Positions 1 to 12,770 of a stretch of 64,000 nucleotides of DNA are shown one piece after another. Under the pieces are notes generated by a model. It saw only the letters and a list, made by a program, of their open reading frames with translations. It had not been told where the DNA came from and searched no databases. The translations under genes and the position numbers were made by a program. Source of the DNA: an uncultured Gemmatimonadales bacterium (GTDB lineage Bacteria; Gemmatimonadota; Gemmatimonadetes; Gemmatimonadales; GWC2-71-9); contig CAVSQW010000007.1 of assembly GCA_963730185.1 (NCBI GenBank), forward strand, positions 640,001-704,000, read 5' to 3'. How positions within the stretch are numbered: position 1 is the stretch's first letter; every line of letters begins with the position of its first letter.

Positions 1-1279
1 GCGGTGTCCCCGGACTCGTCGGTGGGAGAGACGTGGCTCCGGCGGCCGTTCGTGGTGCCCGGGTCCGACGTCGTGGTGTACGCCAGCGCGGTCGAGCGGG
101 CTCCGGAGGGCGGGCTCTCGGCCTACCGGCTCTCGGACGGGCGCCGGGCTCACCTTGGGATTCCCGGGATCGGCGCGTTGGGTTACCTGGACGGGCACCT
201 GATCTATTCGCGAGTGGACGGCACCCTGATGGCCGTACCGTTCGAGGCCTCCGCCCTCCGAGCCGGCGCCCCGGTGGAGCTCTCCCCGCGGGTGTTCAGC
301 AACGGCAGCATCGGGACCGCGGTCGGCCTCTCGAGCGGCGGCACGCTCGTCTATCAGGCGGCGGCGACGGCGGCTCGGGCCCGTCTCGAGCTCGTGGACA
401 CGACGGGGAAGACGGTGCCGCTCCGGGGGCAGTTCTCGCTGTTCGACCAGCCGCCGCGGTTCTCGCCGAACGGCCGCCTGGTCGCGGTGGCCGACGGGCG
501 ATCGGGGCAGGTGAGGCGGGGCCAGAACCCGTCAGGCGATCTCTGGGTCGTCGAGGTCGCGACGGGGGTCGCCACCCGCCTCACCACGGACGGCTCCGTC
601 AGTGCGCACGCCTGGATGCCCGACGGTCGGCATCTGGTTTTCGTGTCGGCCGGAAGCCGGGGGAGACGCTCCGTTCGGTCGCCGTGGACGGCAGCGAGCC
701 GCCGGTCCAACTGGCCGGCGCGCCTGGGGCGGAAGCCGTGGAGCCCCTCCCGGATGGGAAGTCGCTGATCGTCCTCGCCTACGACGTGTCGGGTATCGGC
801 CTGCTCCGAACCTGGCTGGACGGGAGCCGGCCGGTGGACACGCTGCTGTTCACCGCCCGAAGCACGGGCCTGGGCGACGTCTGGAGTCCCCGGGTGTCCC
901 CGGACGGCCGCTGGGTGGCCTTCGTCAACAGCTACACCGAGGACGTCTGGGTTCGCTCGCTGGAAGGCCGGACGCTGCTTCAGGTGTCGACCGAAGCCGT
1001 CCACGACGATCCCGTGGTCTGGGGTCCCGACAGCCGGCACCTCTATTACGCGGGGACCGCCGGACTGGTGAGCATCGAGCTTCGGACTACGCCAGCGTTG
1101 GCCGTGGTGGGGAGACGCACCCTGCCGAGGACGCTGGCCGGCGCGAGGCTCTACGACCTGGCGCCCGATGGGAAGACGTTCGTGGTCGCGCGGACGGAGT
1201 GGCGGCCGAACGATGTCGTGGTGGCGGTGAACTGGCTCGACGAGGCTCGGCGGGCCTGGCGGGCGGCGGCGGCGCGGTG

Positions 1280-1280
<1 letters not shown>
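1..1280 (+). CDS. C-terminal TolB-like/PD40 beta-propeller region, probably of a Ser/Thr kinase (5' partial, frameshift near 660)
   Basis: ORFs 4..768 and 33..1280 join into one propeller: PRFSPNGR, WMPDGRHL, PRVSPDGRWVAF, WGPDSRHLYY, YDLAPDGKTF. It ends VVAVNW, typical of kinase-PD40 proteins. The kinase domain itself is not in the window. Confidence 0.75.
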
Positions 1281-3065
<1,785 letters not shown>

Positions 3066-3126
3066 GGCCGGCGCGAGCGCCACCCGGGCAACGTAGCCGC
3101 CTGCGAACGGTCTTCCCGGAGGGCCC

Positions 3127-3142
3127 CGGCCATTCGCTTGCG
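3127..3142 (+). promoter_or_regulatory. Putative sigma54 -24/-12 promoter upstream of ECF sigma gene
   Basis: CGGCCATTCGCTTGCG = GG-N10-GC with TTGC, intergenic, about 50 bp before GTG 3195. Confidence 0.45.
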
Positions 3143-3194
3143 TTCTTCCCGCTTGCGGCGGAGATTCTCGATTCAAGCCTCCAGGCGGCCCGCG

Positions 3195-3721
3195 GTGCAA
3201 GGTCAGCCGGCAACCGAAGCCGTGGAACGGACGCTCGCCCAGAACTATTGGGAGCGGCTTCGGATATTCGGGATGCGGCGCCTGGGGGACCCCGCTCTCG
3301 CCGAGGACCTCGCTCAGGAAACCCTCCGGCGGGTCGGTGAGGCGCTTCGAGGCGGCCGGCTCGAGGATCTCGCCGCCCTGCCGGCCTTCGTCTTCCAAAC
3401 GGCCGCCAACCTCTGCCTCCATCACTACCGAAGCCGGGGTCGTGAGGAGCGGGCCCTGGCCCGGGTGGCCGGCATGGGCTCCGCGGTCTCGCCGAGGGGG
3501 CCGCTCGACGCCTGATCGGGGAGGAATCCCGAGCCGCGGTCCGGGCGGCCCTCGGCCGACTCGATCCCGGGGACCAGGACCTGCTCCGCCGCATCTACTT
3601 TGTCGAAGAACCGTCCGCCGACACGGCCCGTGCCCTGGGGGTGACTCCCGGGCACTCCGGGTCCGCAAGCATCGAGCCCTGGAGCGCCTGGCCGGCTTCC
3701 TCCGCGCATGGCGGGGTCTGA
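3195..3721 (+). CDS. ECF-type sigma-70 factor (frameshifted)
   Basis: Region 2: RRLGDPALAEDLAQETL...FVFQTAANL. Region 4 lies in shifted frames: LGRLDPGDQDLLRRIYF...ARALGVT...RVRKHRALERL. Probable true stop TGA 3719-3721. Confidence 0.8.
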
Positions 3722-3750
3722 AACGTCCTCCACCGATCGGGAACCCTAGG
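3720..3750 (+). promoter_or_regulatory. Putative ECF promoter, copy 1 (leaderless anti-sigma transcript)
   Basis: GAAACG-N13-GGGAACC directly before ATG 3751; matches the copy at 7052. Confidence 0.5.
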
Positions 3751-4354
3751 ATGATGGACCAGCTACCGGTGACCTGCGACCTGGTCGACGAACGGGATCT
3801 TGATCGACGCTACCTCTCGGGGCGGCTCGACGATCAGGAAGCGGCCGCCTTCGAGGCCCATTTCTTCGGGTGTGACCGGTGCTGGCAGCGGGTTAGGGGC
3901 GGTCTGGCGCCCGGGCGGCTTTCCAGGCGGAGGCCGGGCCGACTCGGTCACGGTGGTGGCGACCATGGATGCCGCTGGCCATCGCGGCCGCGCTGGGTGT
4001 CCTCTGGTTCGGTACCCGGCGGTTCGCCGACCGGGGCGCGGCCCTCCGGGACGCCGTGAGGGGAGTCCCCGACAGCATCGCCGTTTCAAGTCGGTTGACT
4101 GCCGACCGGTGGGAGGTGGCGTGGCCCGTCGTGGTCGGGGCCACTGGTATCAGATCCGAGTCTTTACCGGCTCGGGACGCCTCGTCCTGACCCGGGAGAC
4201 CGCCGATACCGGGGCCAGCCTTCCCGCGGACTCGCTCTCCGCCCAGGCTGTGGGGGAGGACCTCTACCTCGAGGTCGGGGCGCTCGACCGACTCAGCCGA
4301 CCGGTGGCCAGTTCCCGCCTTGCTCCCCTTCGGACTCCAGACTCCGGCGGCTAG
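3751..4354 (+). CDS. Zinc-finger (zf-HC2/ZAS) membrane anti-sigma factor (frameshifted)
   Basis: YLSGRLDDQEAAAFEAHFFGCDRC (H-x3-C-x2-C); TM segment WMPLAIAAALGVLWFG; beta-rich C-terminal domain (YQIRVF...LYLEVGALD) ending TAG 4354. Confidence 0.8.
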
Positions 4355-4355
4355 A

Positions 4356-7055
4356 GTGATCAGTCGTCGGCTCTCGATCCTCGCGGCCATCGGCGCCTTG
4401 GGGCTGGTCGCGCTCGGCTCTGGCTGCGGGGTCGAGCCGCGGGCCGCCCCGACCCGCTCCCCGTTCGTGGTCGCCGACAGCCTTCGCGACGAGCGCCGCT
4501 TTGCCCAGGCTCATCCGGAATACCGGCGGCTGCGGGACTCCTTCGCCGTGGCGGCGGATACCGCCAACTGGTGGCGAGCCCAGCTCTGGTGGGCCCAGAC
4601 GCTGATGCGACTGGGCCGAACCGACAGCAGCGAAGCCGCCATCCGTGACGCGTTCGCCCTCGCGGGAGGCGACTCGTCCCGGCTGGCCTGGACCTGGTTG
4701 ATGCGTTGCGGACTCTGGTCGCGACTGGGCGAATCGCTCCGAGCGGTCGATGATTGCGGCCAGGCGTTGCAGCTGGCGGATCGTCTCGGGTCCGGCGACC
4801 TCCAGGCCCGAATCCACATGCAACTCGGGACCGTGTACTCCCGCCGGGGCCTCTATCGCCGGTCGGTCGCCGAGTCGGAGCGAGCCCTTGCCCTCGAGCG
4901 CCAATTCGGGAATTCCGCCCACCAGCTGGCCGGGCGCTCAACAGCATGGGCGTGGAATACGCCGCCGTCGGCCGCCTCGGCGAGGCGGCCCAAGCGTACG
5001 AGGAAGGCCTGGCCATCACTCGCCGGATCGCGGACACCTCCACCGGCGGGTATCTGATCAGCAATCTCGCCGCGCTCCGTTCCTATACCGGCCGGATCGA
5101 TCAGGCCGTGGAACTGATGTCCGAGTCCCTGGCCGCCGCCCAGGTGATGGGCGACACCTCATCGATGGTGTACGCCCGCAACTCCCTGGCCGAGTACTAC
5201 CTCAGGGCCGGCAACCTGGCCGCGGCCCGGTCCGAGGTCGAACGGTCGCTGCCGCTGACGGCCCAGTCGCCGGGCATCTATCGGGTGATCGCGCTCATCA
5301 ACCTGGGCCTGATCGCGATGGCCGAGGGCCATCCGGATTCCGCGGCCACCGCCTTCGAGGAGGCGCTGGGCCCGGCCGTGAGCGGCGGGTTCGCCTACGA
5401 ACGGTTCCGAATCCTGGCGGCGCAGATCCGCCTGGCGATCGGCCGGGGTGATCGCTCGGGGGCCCGACGGCTGGTCGACCTGGCCCGCGCGGTGGCCGAC
5501 TCGCTCGGCGCACCGGACTCGGACCTCGAGGCCTTCACCCTCCAGGGCCTGGTGGCCGAGTCGGAGGGACGCGCCGATGCGGCGGGGATGTTTCTCGACG
5601 GCATCGCGCTGCTGGAGTCCTGGCGGGGCCGGCTCGCCATGGGTGACCTCCGGCTGGGGATCACCGAACCGAAGTGGGCGGTCTACGAAGGCGCGATCCG
5701 GACCCTGTTCGCCCGGGGCGATACCGCCGGCGCCTTCGAGGTCGCTGAGCGAGCCCGGGCCGAGGATGTTGTTGGAGGTCATCGCCGCTCGGACCGGGGC
5801 CGATCGGGGAAGCCGCGCGGACGAACTGAAGTACCGCCTCCGGCAACGATCGGAGGAGATCGGGGCTGGTGCCGACCGGGCGGAGCGGCAGGTGGTCGAA
5901 GCGGAATTGGCGGCGCTCCGAGACTCCCTCGCGGCGGTCGAGGCCGCCGACCCCGTTCGACATCCTGCCCCGGCGCCGTTGGCCGAGCTTCGGGCCCAGC
6001 TGCTTCGCGCTCCGGACGCGTCGCTGTATGCCGTGTTCTGGGGTGACAGCGCCGCCTACGGCTGGTGGGTTACCGGCACCGAGATCCGGGGAGGGCGTCT
6101 GGGTCGGGTCGATTCGCTGGGCGCGGCCCTGGACTTTCTCCGCCGGGCCATCGAGCGCGACCGAGCCGTTCCCTGGCGCCCGGTCGCCTCCCGGATCTAT
6201 CGGCAGATGGTGGCGCCACTCGAGCCCAGTGGTACCGGCCCGATCTTCGCCGTGGTCGACGGCCCGCTGACCAGGGTGCCCCTCGAGGTGCTGGTGCCGG
6301 CGATCGATTCGGCCCCGCTCGGAGCGGTCCGCGACATCGTGTACGGCCCATCGGCATCGGTGCTCGCCGCGCTGGCCGGAACCGCGCGTCCGCCCGGCTG
6401 GGAGCGGACCATGCTGGCGGTGGGCAACCCGCGGGCCTCCTCCCGCGACCAGACCGACGATGGGACCGAGCCGCTCCGGGGCGAGGACCGCCATCTGAAC
6501 CTGCCCTTTGCGGAGTACGAGGCGAAGGAGATCGGCGCATTGTACCGCGACCAGGGGTCCGACGTGCTGGTGGGGCGGGAGGTCACGCTCGCCGGCTGGA
6601 TGGCCCAAAAGCCCGGGCGATACCGGTACCTGCACTTTGCCGCCCATGCCACGGTGAGCGATCGCGAACCAGACCAGAGCCGGCTCCTGTTTGCCGATGG
6701 TGTGCTCGACGCTCGGGCGATTCGGGACCTCGAGCTCTCTGCCGAGTTGGTGACCTTGTCCGCGTGCGAGACGGCGGCGGGACGGCGGGTCCGCGGCGAG
6801 GGGGTGGTCGGTCTCTCCCACGCATTCCTGTCGGCTGGCGCCCGGAGCGCGCTGGTGACGCTGTGGCCGGTCACCGACCGGTCCACGGCGCTCTTCATGA
6901 CCGCCCTCTACCGCGAGCTGCACGACGGCCGCGCCCCTGCCCAGGCGCTTCGCCTGGTGCGGCAACGTTGGATCGAGGGGAAGGGGCCCACCAGTCACCC
7001 GGCCGCTTGGGCCCCATTCGTCCTCATCGGAGACCCAATCCCGCCTCGCCCGTAA
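4356..7055 (+). CDS. TPR + CHAT (caspase-like) domain protease with lipoprotein-type signal (frameshifts near 4935 and 5760)
   Basis: Signal ISRRLSILAAIGALGLVALGSG|C; TPR helices; CHAT motifs DGPLTRVPLEVL, YLHFAAHA (catalytic His), LVTLSACET (catalytic Cys), HPAAWAPFVLIG. Confidence 0.9.
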
Positions 7056-7083
7056 CGCCATCCCCTCATCGGCAACCTATAGG
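7052..7083 (+). promoter_or_regulatory. Putative ECF promoter, copy 2
   Basis: GTAACG-N13-GGCAACC; 19/26 identical to 3720-3745 with the same spacing; upstream of ATG 7110. Confidence 0.5.
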
Positions 7084-7109
7084 GTAGTCCATAGCCCCGA
7101 GGTTGCCGC

Positions 7110-8647
7110 ATGTTGACCCCGTTGCTCGCCGTCTTGCTGGCCGCGCAGGCTCCCACCCAGCCCCCTGCCGTCAAAGGGGTCTGGGAGCCGGTCAGTTACA
7201 CCGAGGATCTCTCCCTCCGCGAGGTCTTCTTCGTCACCGCGGACAAGGGCTGGGTGGCCGGCGACAAGGGCACCATTCTCCGGACCTCGGACGCCGGAAA
7301 GACCTGGGAGGCGCAGATGGGTGGCGACCCGGCTGCCGACGAGCCTCCCGTGAGACTGCTGCGCTTCATCGACGAGCAACGGGGTTGGGCGTTCAAGGAT
7401 GGGCGCGTGCTCCGGACCGAGGACGGGGAGAGTTGGGAAGACCTCGGTGCCGCTCCGTCGACGTTCACGGAGCTGGCCATGAACTCGGCCCGCGAGGGGA
7501 CCGCCGCCGGCTATGTCGGAATCGGGAGCGCTCCCACCACCCTGTTCAAGACCCGGGGACGGCGGGAAGACCTGGAAACCGGTCGCCGAGTGCTCGGTCA
7601 AGGCGGTGATGGGCGGTCTCGAACCGGACCGTCGCCTGTCACGTGTTCCGGATCCAGTTCGTCACGGCGTCCGTGGGTTATCTGGCCGCCCGAAGCCAAT
7701 GTGTCGGGATGGGGTGTGACGGCCCGCCCATTCTCGGGAAGACCGATGACGGCGGTGAGAGCTGGCGCTTCTTTACGCTCCCCGTCGACGACCAGAACGT
7801 GGGGACCCGGGACCTGTTCTTTACCGACGAGCATACCGGGTTCGTCCGCACCAGCGACGGCAAGCTGTCTCGGACGACCGACGGTGGGGTCACCTGGAAG
7901 GGTCTCCTCGCCAGTGTGGGAAGCAGCGGTCAACTGGGGTTCGCCGACCCGGAGGTGGGCTGGGCGCTGGAGGAGTACAAGGTCAGCTTCACCGTCGACG
8001 GCGGCAGCCGGTGGAAGTCCCGCCCATTCCGGTTTCCCACGATCCCGCGGGCCTGGAGTTTCCCGCGCCGCGACCGCGCCTATGCGGTTGGCGACCACGG
8101 GATGGTGTTTCGCTACCGCGTCCTTCCCGTTGCTCAGCCGGTGGCGGCGGCCTCGGTGCCGGCGCCTGCCATGCCGGCCTTCGCCTCCCCGCTCGACTCT
8201 CAGGTCTCGGCATTGGATGGTTTCGTCCAGGACCTCTCGGCCCTCGTCGAGCAGCTCCCGGATTCGTCCGGGGCGGCCGGGGCCTCACCGGCCGTGACTG
8301 CTGCTCCCGGAGATGCCGGCGCATTCGAGCAGGACGCCCCGCCCTCGGCCTTCGTGGCCGACTGTTGCGGCAAGCCGGTCAACCGTCTCAACGCCATCCT
8401 CGGCGCCGTGCTCCAAAGCCTGCCTCAGTTCGTGACTCGGTTCAAGAACACCAATCTGCTGGTGGCCGGGCTCCGAATGCTCTCCACCATGCCGTCGCAG
8501 CTGAGCGACCTCCGAGGGGCGCTCAGGGAGTTCAAGCGCGCGACCGACAAGCCCAGCGCCCAGGCGGCGCTGCTCCGGCTTGGCGGCGCGGCGAGCTCCC
8601 TCGGGCAGTCGACCAAGTTGGCATTCCAGACGGAGGTGACCCCATGA
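7110..8647 (+). CDS. Secreted YCF48/BNR-repeat beta-propeller protein with C-terminal helical domain (frameshifted about 7555-7640)
   Basis: Signal peptide; Asp-box repeats TSDAGKTW, TEDGESW, DGGKTW, TDDGGESW, TTDGGVTW, TVDGGSRW; motif GWVAGDKGTIL. Confidence 0.8.
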
Positions 8648-10783
8648 CCCGCTCACCCTGGCTCGTCGCGCTGGCCGGCCTGGTGACCACGCCGGTCCTG
8701 GCCCAGCCACCCGCGACGCCGTGCTGCGGCATCGTGCAAGTCGACCCGAGGACTGGGCTGGTGAAGGCCAAGGTTACGGCCGACGGCAGCCTGTTCACCT
8801 TCAAGGTCACCAACCCCTGGATGTTGGCGTCGCTCAAGGTGGGACAGGCGGTCTTTGCCAACTTCGGAAAGCGCCAGGTGTCGCTCGACGGACGCCAGGT
8901 CTGTTGCGCGATCGTCGGCGGCCTCACGGCCGCGCCATCCCCGGCGCCGCCACCTCCGCCCTCCACCGCCGTCCCAGCCGCAGGTGAGCGCGCCTCCCCC
9001 GGTGGCGGTGCGTCCGCCGGCCGGCCGGGCGAGCGCCCCGCCAACTTCGTCCCCGATCGCCGGACCGGTGGTGATCACCGCCGCGATGATCAACAGTCTC
9101 CGACGGTGACCTTCGGCCCACCCCGGGCCTGGACCGCCGTTCCCGCCCGGGCCCGGAGCCGGCTCGAGGCCGCGACCGTCACCGCCCCGGTCGCCGGTCG
9201 GTCGGTCACCGGGTCGATGCTCTATCTCCGCGGTCTCAAGGCCGCGGAGCAGGCGTCCAGCCTTCCCAGGGCGCCCGCCGGCTCCTCTGTGATGCTGGTC
9301 CGCCGGGTTCCGCCGGGGGAGTCCGATCACTATATCGTCGATCCGCAGCTGGCCCGGGAATGGATCGCGGCTCATCCGGTGCCGGACGAAGTGAAGGCGA
9401 CCGAACCGGCGGACAAGGAGTGCGGCAATTGGTACGACAGTTGGGATTGTGCGGGCCAGGCCGTGAGCGACGAGTGGCAACGGGCGTACGACCACGCGGT
9501 GGACCAGTGGAAGGACGCCGAGAAGACGCTCGCCGAGTCCTGGAAGACGACCCAGGCCTGCTTCACCGAGCGGACCATTTCTTCAGGTCGTATCCCGGTC
9601 AAGTTCGAGATCACCCCGTCCATGACGGTGAGCCTCTCCCAGAGCGGATCGAAAGGATCGGCGCAGGGAACGGTGGCCGGCAGTACCACTCTCGGTATTC
9701 CGATGCAGTCCGATGTCGGGGCCCGGCTCGACCTCTTCTATATCCCGTGTCTGCCCTTCGCCGTGCGTCCCAAGGCGCTGGCCGGGGACGGCACCCTGAA
9801 CGGTGGGCGAAGAACTGACAGCGGACGTCTCCGCCACCGGTCGCTTCGACAAGACCTTCACCCTTCCTCCGACCGGCGGTCCGGTGATTCCGATTCAGGT
9901 CTTCCCGATCATCATCGGCGGGGTGCCGGTGGCCGAACTGGATGTGAGTGCTTATATCGAAGGCAATGTCGAGGTCAGCGCGGCCGGCCGTGCCGTAGGG
10001 CAGTTCCGAATCAAGAACACCAACCCGAGCCAGTTCGATTTCGCGTGCAGCGGCAAAGGCTGCTCGGCGAGGTCCAAGGCCCAGGGTTCCTCCACCACCA
10101 CCAACGAAAGCGCCCAGATCCAGGGCACGGTGACGGTCAAACCAGCCCTCTTTACGGCCCTCCAGCTCGATTTCAACTATGAGGCCCTGAGCGCCCGGAT
10201 CGGTCCGCAGCCCTACCTGACGGGCGAAGCCGCGGGATGTGCCGCGGCAGCGGGCTCGCAATCCGGTGGAGGGGCCTCGGCCGTCCGGGAGAATCACGTC
10301 GTCAGTGCCGACCTCGACTGGGGAGTCGAACTCCGGGCGGAGGCGCTGGTGCTGGGCAAGGTCGTGGGAAGTCCCTACGTCCGCAGAGTGATGGCCGACA
10401 AGCACATCTGGTTCCGCGACTTGGCCCCGGGCGGTTCCACCGCTCTGGTGGCCGTGGCCGAGAGTACCGGGCAGGCCACGGTCGGGAAGCCGGCCGGCTA
10501 CAGCGTCAGGATGCCTTCGTGCTACCCCTATCCGGATCGGGTCGAGTACGCCGTCGCCTGGACCGGCAACGCCGCTCCGGCCCCTCGGGCGGGCTGTGTT
10601 TGGCAGGCCGGCGCAGGTCGGGGCCGCTGCAAGGCTGCGCCCCTCCAGGATTTGAACATCCTGCTGACGTGGCCGACCGCGGGCAGCTATTCCCTGACGG
10701 TGGTTCCGGTGGGCGACGCCCACGATCGGATCTTTGCGCCGGCGCCGCCACCGACCACGCTGGAGGTTACCGTCTTGCCCTGA
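8644..10783 (+). CDS. Secreted Cys-rich, beta-rich hypothetical protein (frameshift near 9800, probably others near 9000-9300)
   Basis: ATG overlaps the upstream TGA; signal MTRSPWLVALAGLVTTPVLA|Q; N-terminal domain bounded by CC pairs; coding-like sequence continues in ORF 9803..10783. Confidence 0.7.
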
Positions 10784-10858
10784 CCGGAGCCGGCGAGCGG
10801 TTCCCGTTACCGGCCGCGCGTCCATCATGACCGATGCGCCGGCTCGCCGCTCGGTCGC

Positions 10859-11746
10859 TCACTCCCGGCGAACCGCGAGGCCCTTCACCATTCCCAGCCG
10901 GGCGTGCGGGCGAGCGTCGGGCGTGTCCTGAAACTCGCACAGCAGGACATAAGTCCGGCCTGGCTGGAAGTCCACCCAGATCGCCGTTCGGTTGTCGTCC
11001 CCGGGGTAGGCCGTGAGAATGGCGCCGTCGTCGTCGTAGAGCGAGTCGACGTCGTGGCCCTTCAGGTACTCCGCGAAGAAGAAGGCCGCCGACGTTCCCG
11101 CCTTGAGCCGGCTCAGGGCAGCTTCGTGCCGTTGGGTCCCGGTGTTGCGGATCCGGAGCTCCGTCGGGCCGGCCGCCACGGTATCGGGGAATCGGAAGGC
11201 ATAGTCGCCGGTTTCGACGAGGAGCTGCCGGACCGCGACCGGCGCCGGCGCGGGGGCACCCTCTCGCACGTGGATCCGCTTGAACATCCCCAGCCGGGCG
11301 TGCTCCGGGTGGCCCTCCCCGTCAGTGAAGTTGCACCAGAGGACGTAGTCCCGTCCCGGCTCGAGGTCGACGACCAGCGCGCCATCGCCCAACCCACCCT
11401 CGGGCGCGAAGAGCACGGCGTTCCCGCCGTCGAGGAAGGGCCGAAAGCCGAGGTCGCCGTCGTACGCGGCCACCAGCTGGGCCACGGTGACGTTGCGCCG
11501 GAGCTTCATGACGATCATCTCGTGCCGGACTTTTCCTTCGTTGCGCAAGGTCAGCCTGACCCGTCCCGGCGCCACGGTGTCCGGAACCTCGAAGGCGTAG
11601 TCCCGGGCGACCACCTGGATGACCCGCTCCGGTGGAGTCGGAGGGGTGCGGGTACAGGCCCCCGCCAGGATGCCCAGGGCGAGCGGCAGCCGGAGAATCC
11701 CGCGGCCGGCGGTGAGGGCCGAGGGACGCGGGCCAGGTGGGGTCAT
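10859..11746 (-). CDS. Lipoprotein with two tandem cupredoxin-like domains
   Basis: Lipobox LAGA|C; two repeats of DYAF..PDTV..G...L.N.G...HE ... C-x10-HARLGM (type-1 copper His/Cys/His/Met pattern). Confidence 0.75.
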   Translation of the reverse strand: MTPPGPRPSALTAGRGILRLPLALGILAGACTRTPPTPPERVIQVVARDYAFEVPDTVAPGRVRLTLRNEGKVRHEMIVMKLRRNVTVAQLVAAYDGDLGFRPFLDGGNAVLFAPEGGLGDGALVVDLEPGRDYVLWCNFTDGEGHPEHARLGMFKRIHVREGAPAPAPVAVRQLLVETGDYAFRFPDTVAAGPTELRIRNTGTQRHEAALSRLKAGTSAAFFFAEYLKGHDVDSLYDDDGAILTAYPGDDNRTAIWVDFQPGRTYVLLCEFQDTPDARPHARLGMVKGLAVRRE

Positions 11747-12045
11747 TGGGATCCGGTGGTGGTGGTTGGACCGAGACCAACGTACTCGTGGCCGGCCCGG
11801 TGTGCGAGGATTCCGGCACCCGTGGCGCCGGCCCGACGCCGACCCCTCGGGTGGAACATCTTGGACAGCGCGGTCGCTGGCCGGTTGACGACGTGGCCGC
11901 CATATTGGGGCTCTGTTGGCCGATTCTCCCAAAGTCCCGACATCCGGACGAACCTCACCCCGCCCACAGGCGACCGTGGCTACGAGGGCTGGCGTGCCGA
12001 AGCGGCGACGGCCGATGCCGGCCGCGACCGAGAGTGGAGAGCGAC

Positions 12046-12756
12046 GTGCGCATAGCGGACCTCAACTGGATGCAGGTGGAGGAGTATCTCCGCCGTGACG
12101 ACCGGGCCGTCCTGCCGCTCGGCAGCACCGAGCAGCACAGCTATCTCCGGCTTACGGTCGACTGCATCCTTCCCGAACGGGTCGCGGTCGACGCCGCCGA
12201 GCCGCTCGGCGTGCCGGTCTTCCCGGTGGTGCCGTACGGGGTGACGCCCTACTTCCGCGAGTTCCCCGGCTCGGTGTCGCTCCGGGTCGAGACCCACCTC
12301 CGCGTCGTGACCGACATTCTGGACGGCCTGGCCCACAGCGGGTTCCGGCGGATCCTGATCGTCAACGGCCATGGGGGGAACGGCGCGGTCCAGCAGTTCG
12401 TGCCGGAGTGGGTCGCCGATCATCCCCAATGCCGGGTGATCTTCCACAACTGGTGGAACGCGCCCCGGACCTGGGCCAAGGTGCAGGCGATCGATCCGGT
12501 GGGGTCGCACGGCTCCTGGATGGAGAACTTCCCCTGGACCCGCCTCCCGGGTGTCGACATGCCCGGCGAGCCACCGACCCATGGTGGACCTGGCGCGGGT
12601 CCGCGCCCTGGACCGGCGGCGCTCCGGGACTACCTGGGCGACGGCAACTTCGGCGGCGAGTACCAACGCTCCGACGAGGAGATGGTCGCCCTCTGGGAGG
12701 TTGCCGTGAACGAGACCCGCGAGCTGCTCGACGGGCTCGTGGGGCGACGCGCCTGA
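12046..12756 (+). CDS. Creatininase-family amidohydrolase
   Basis: LPLGSTEQH, D, ILIVNGHGGN, HGSWME motifs; GTG after GGAGA RBS. Local frame disturbance near 12580. Confidence 0.9.
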   Translation: MRIADLNWMQVEEYLRRDDRAVLPLGSTEQHSYLRLTVDCILPERVAVDAAEPLGVPVFPVVPYGVTPYFREFPGSVSLRVETHLRVVTDILDGLAHSGFRRILIVNGHGGNGAVQQFVPEWVADHPQCRVIFHNWWNAPRTWAKVQAIDPVGSHGSWMENFPWTRLPGVDMPGEPPTHGGPGAGPRPGPAALRDYLGDGNFGGEYQRSDEEMVALWEVAVNETRELLDGLVGRRA

Positions 12757-12770
12757 CGGCCGGGCCATCC

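Noticed and set aside
3337..4059. Apparent sigma region 4 / anti-sigma fusion ORF
   Set aside because: The region is full of indels. A TGA at 3719-3721 and a promoter-like motif before ATG 3751 suggest separate genes; reads are needed to be sure.
4356..7055. CHAT gene as part of a type III-E CRISPR or anti-phage system
   Set aside because: No Cas7-11, array or defence genes nearby, and the protein appears exported.
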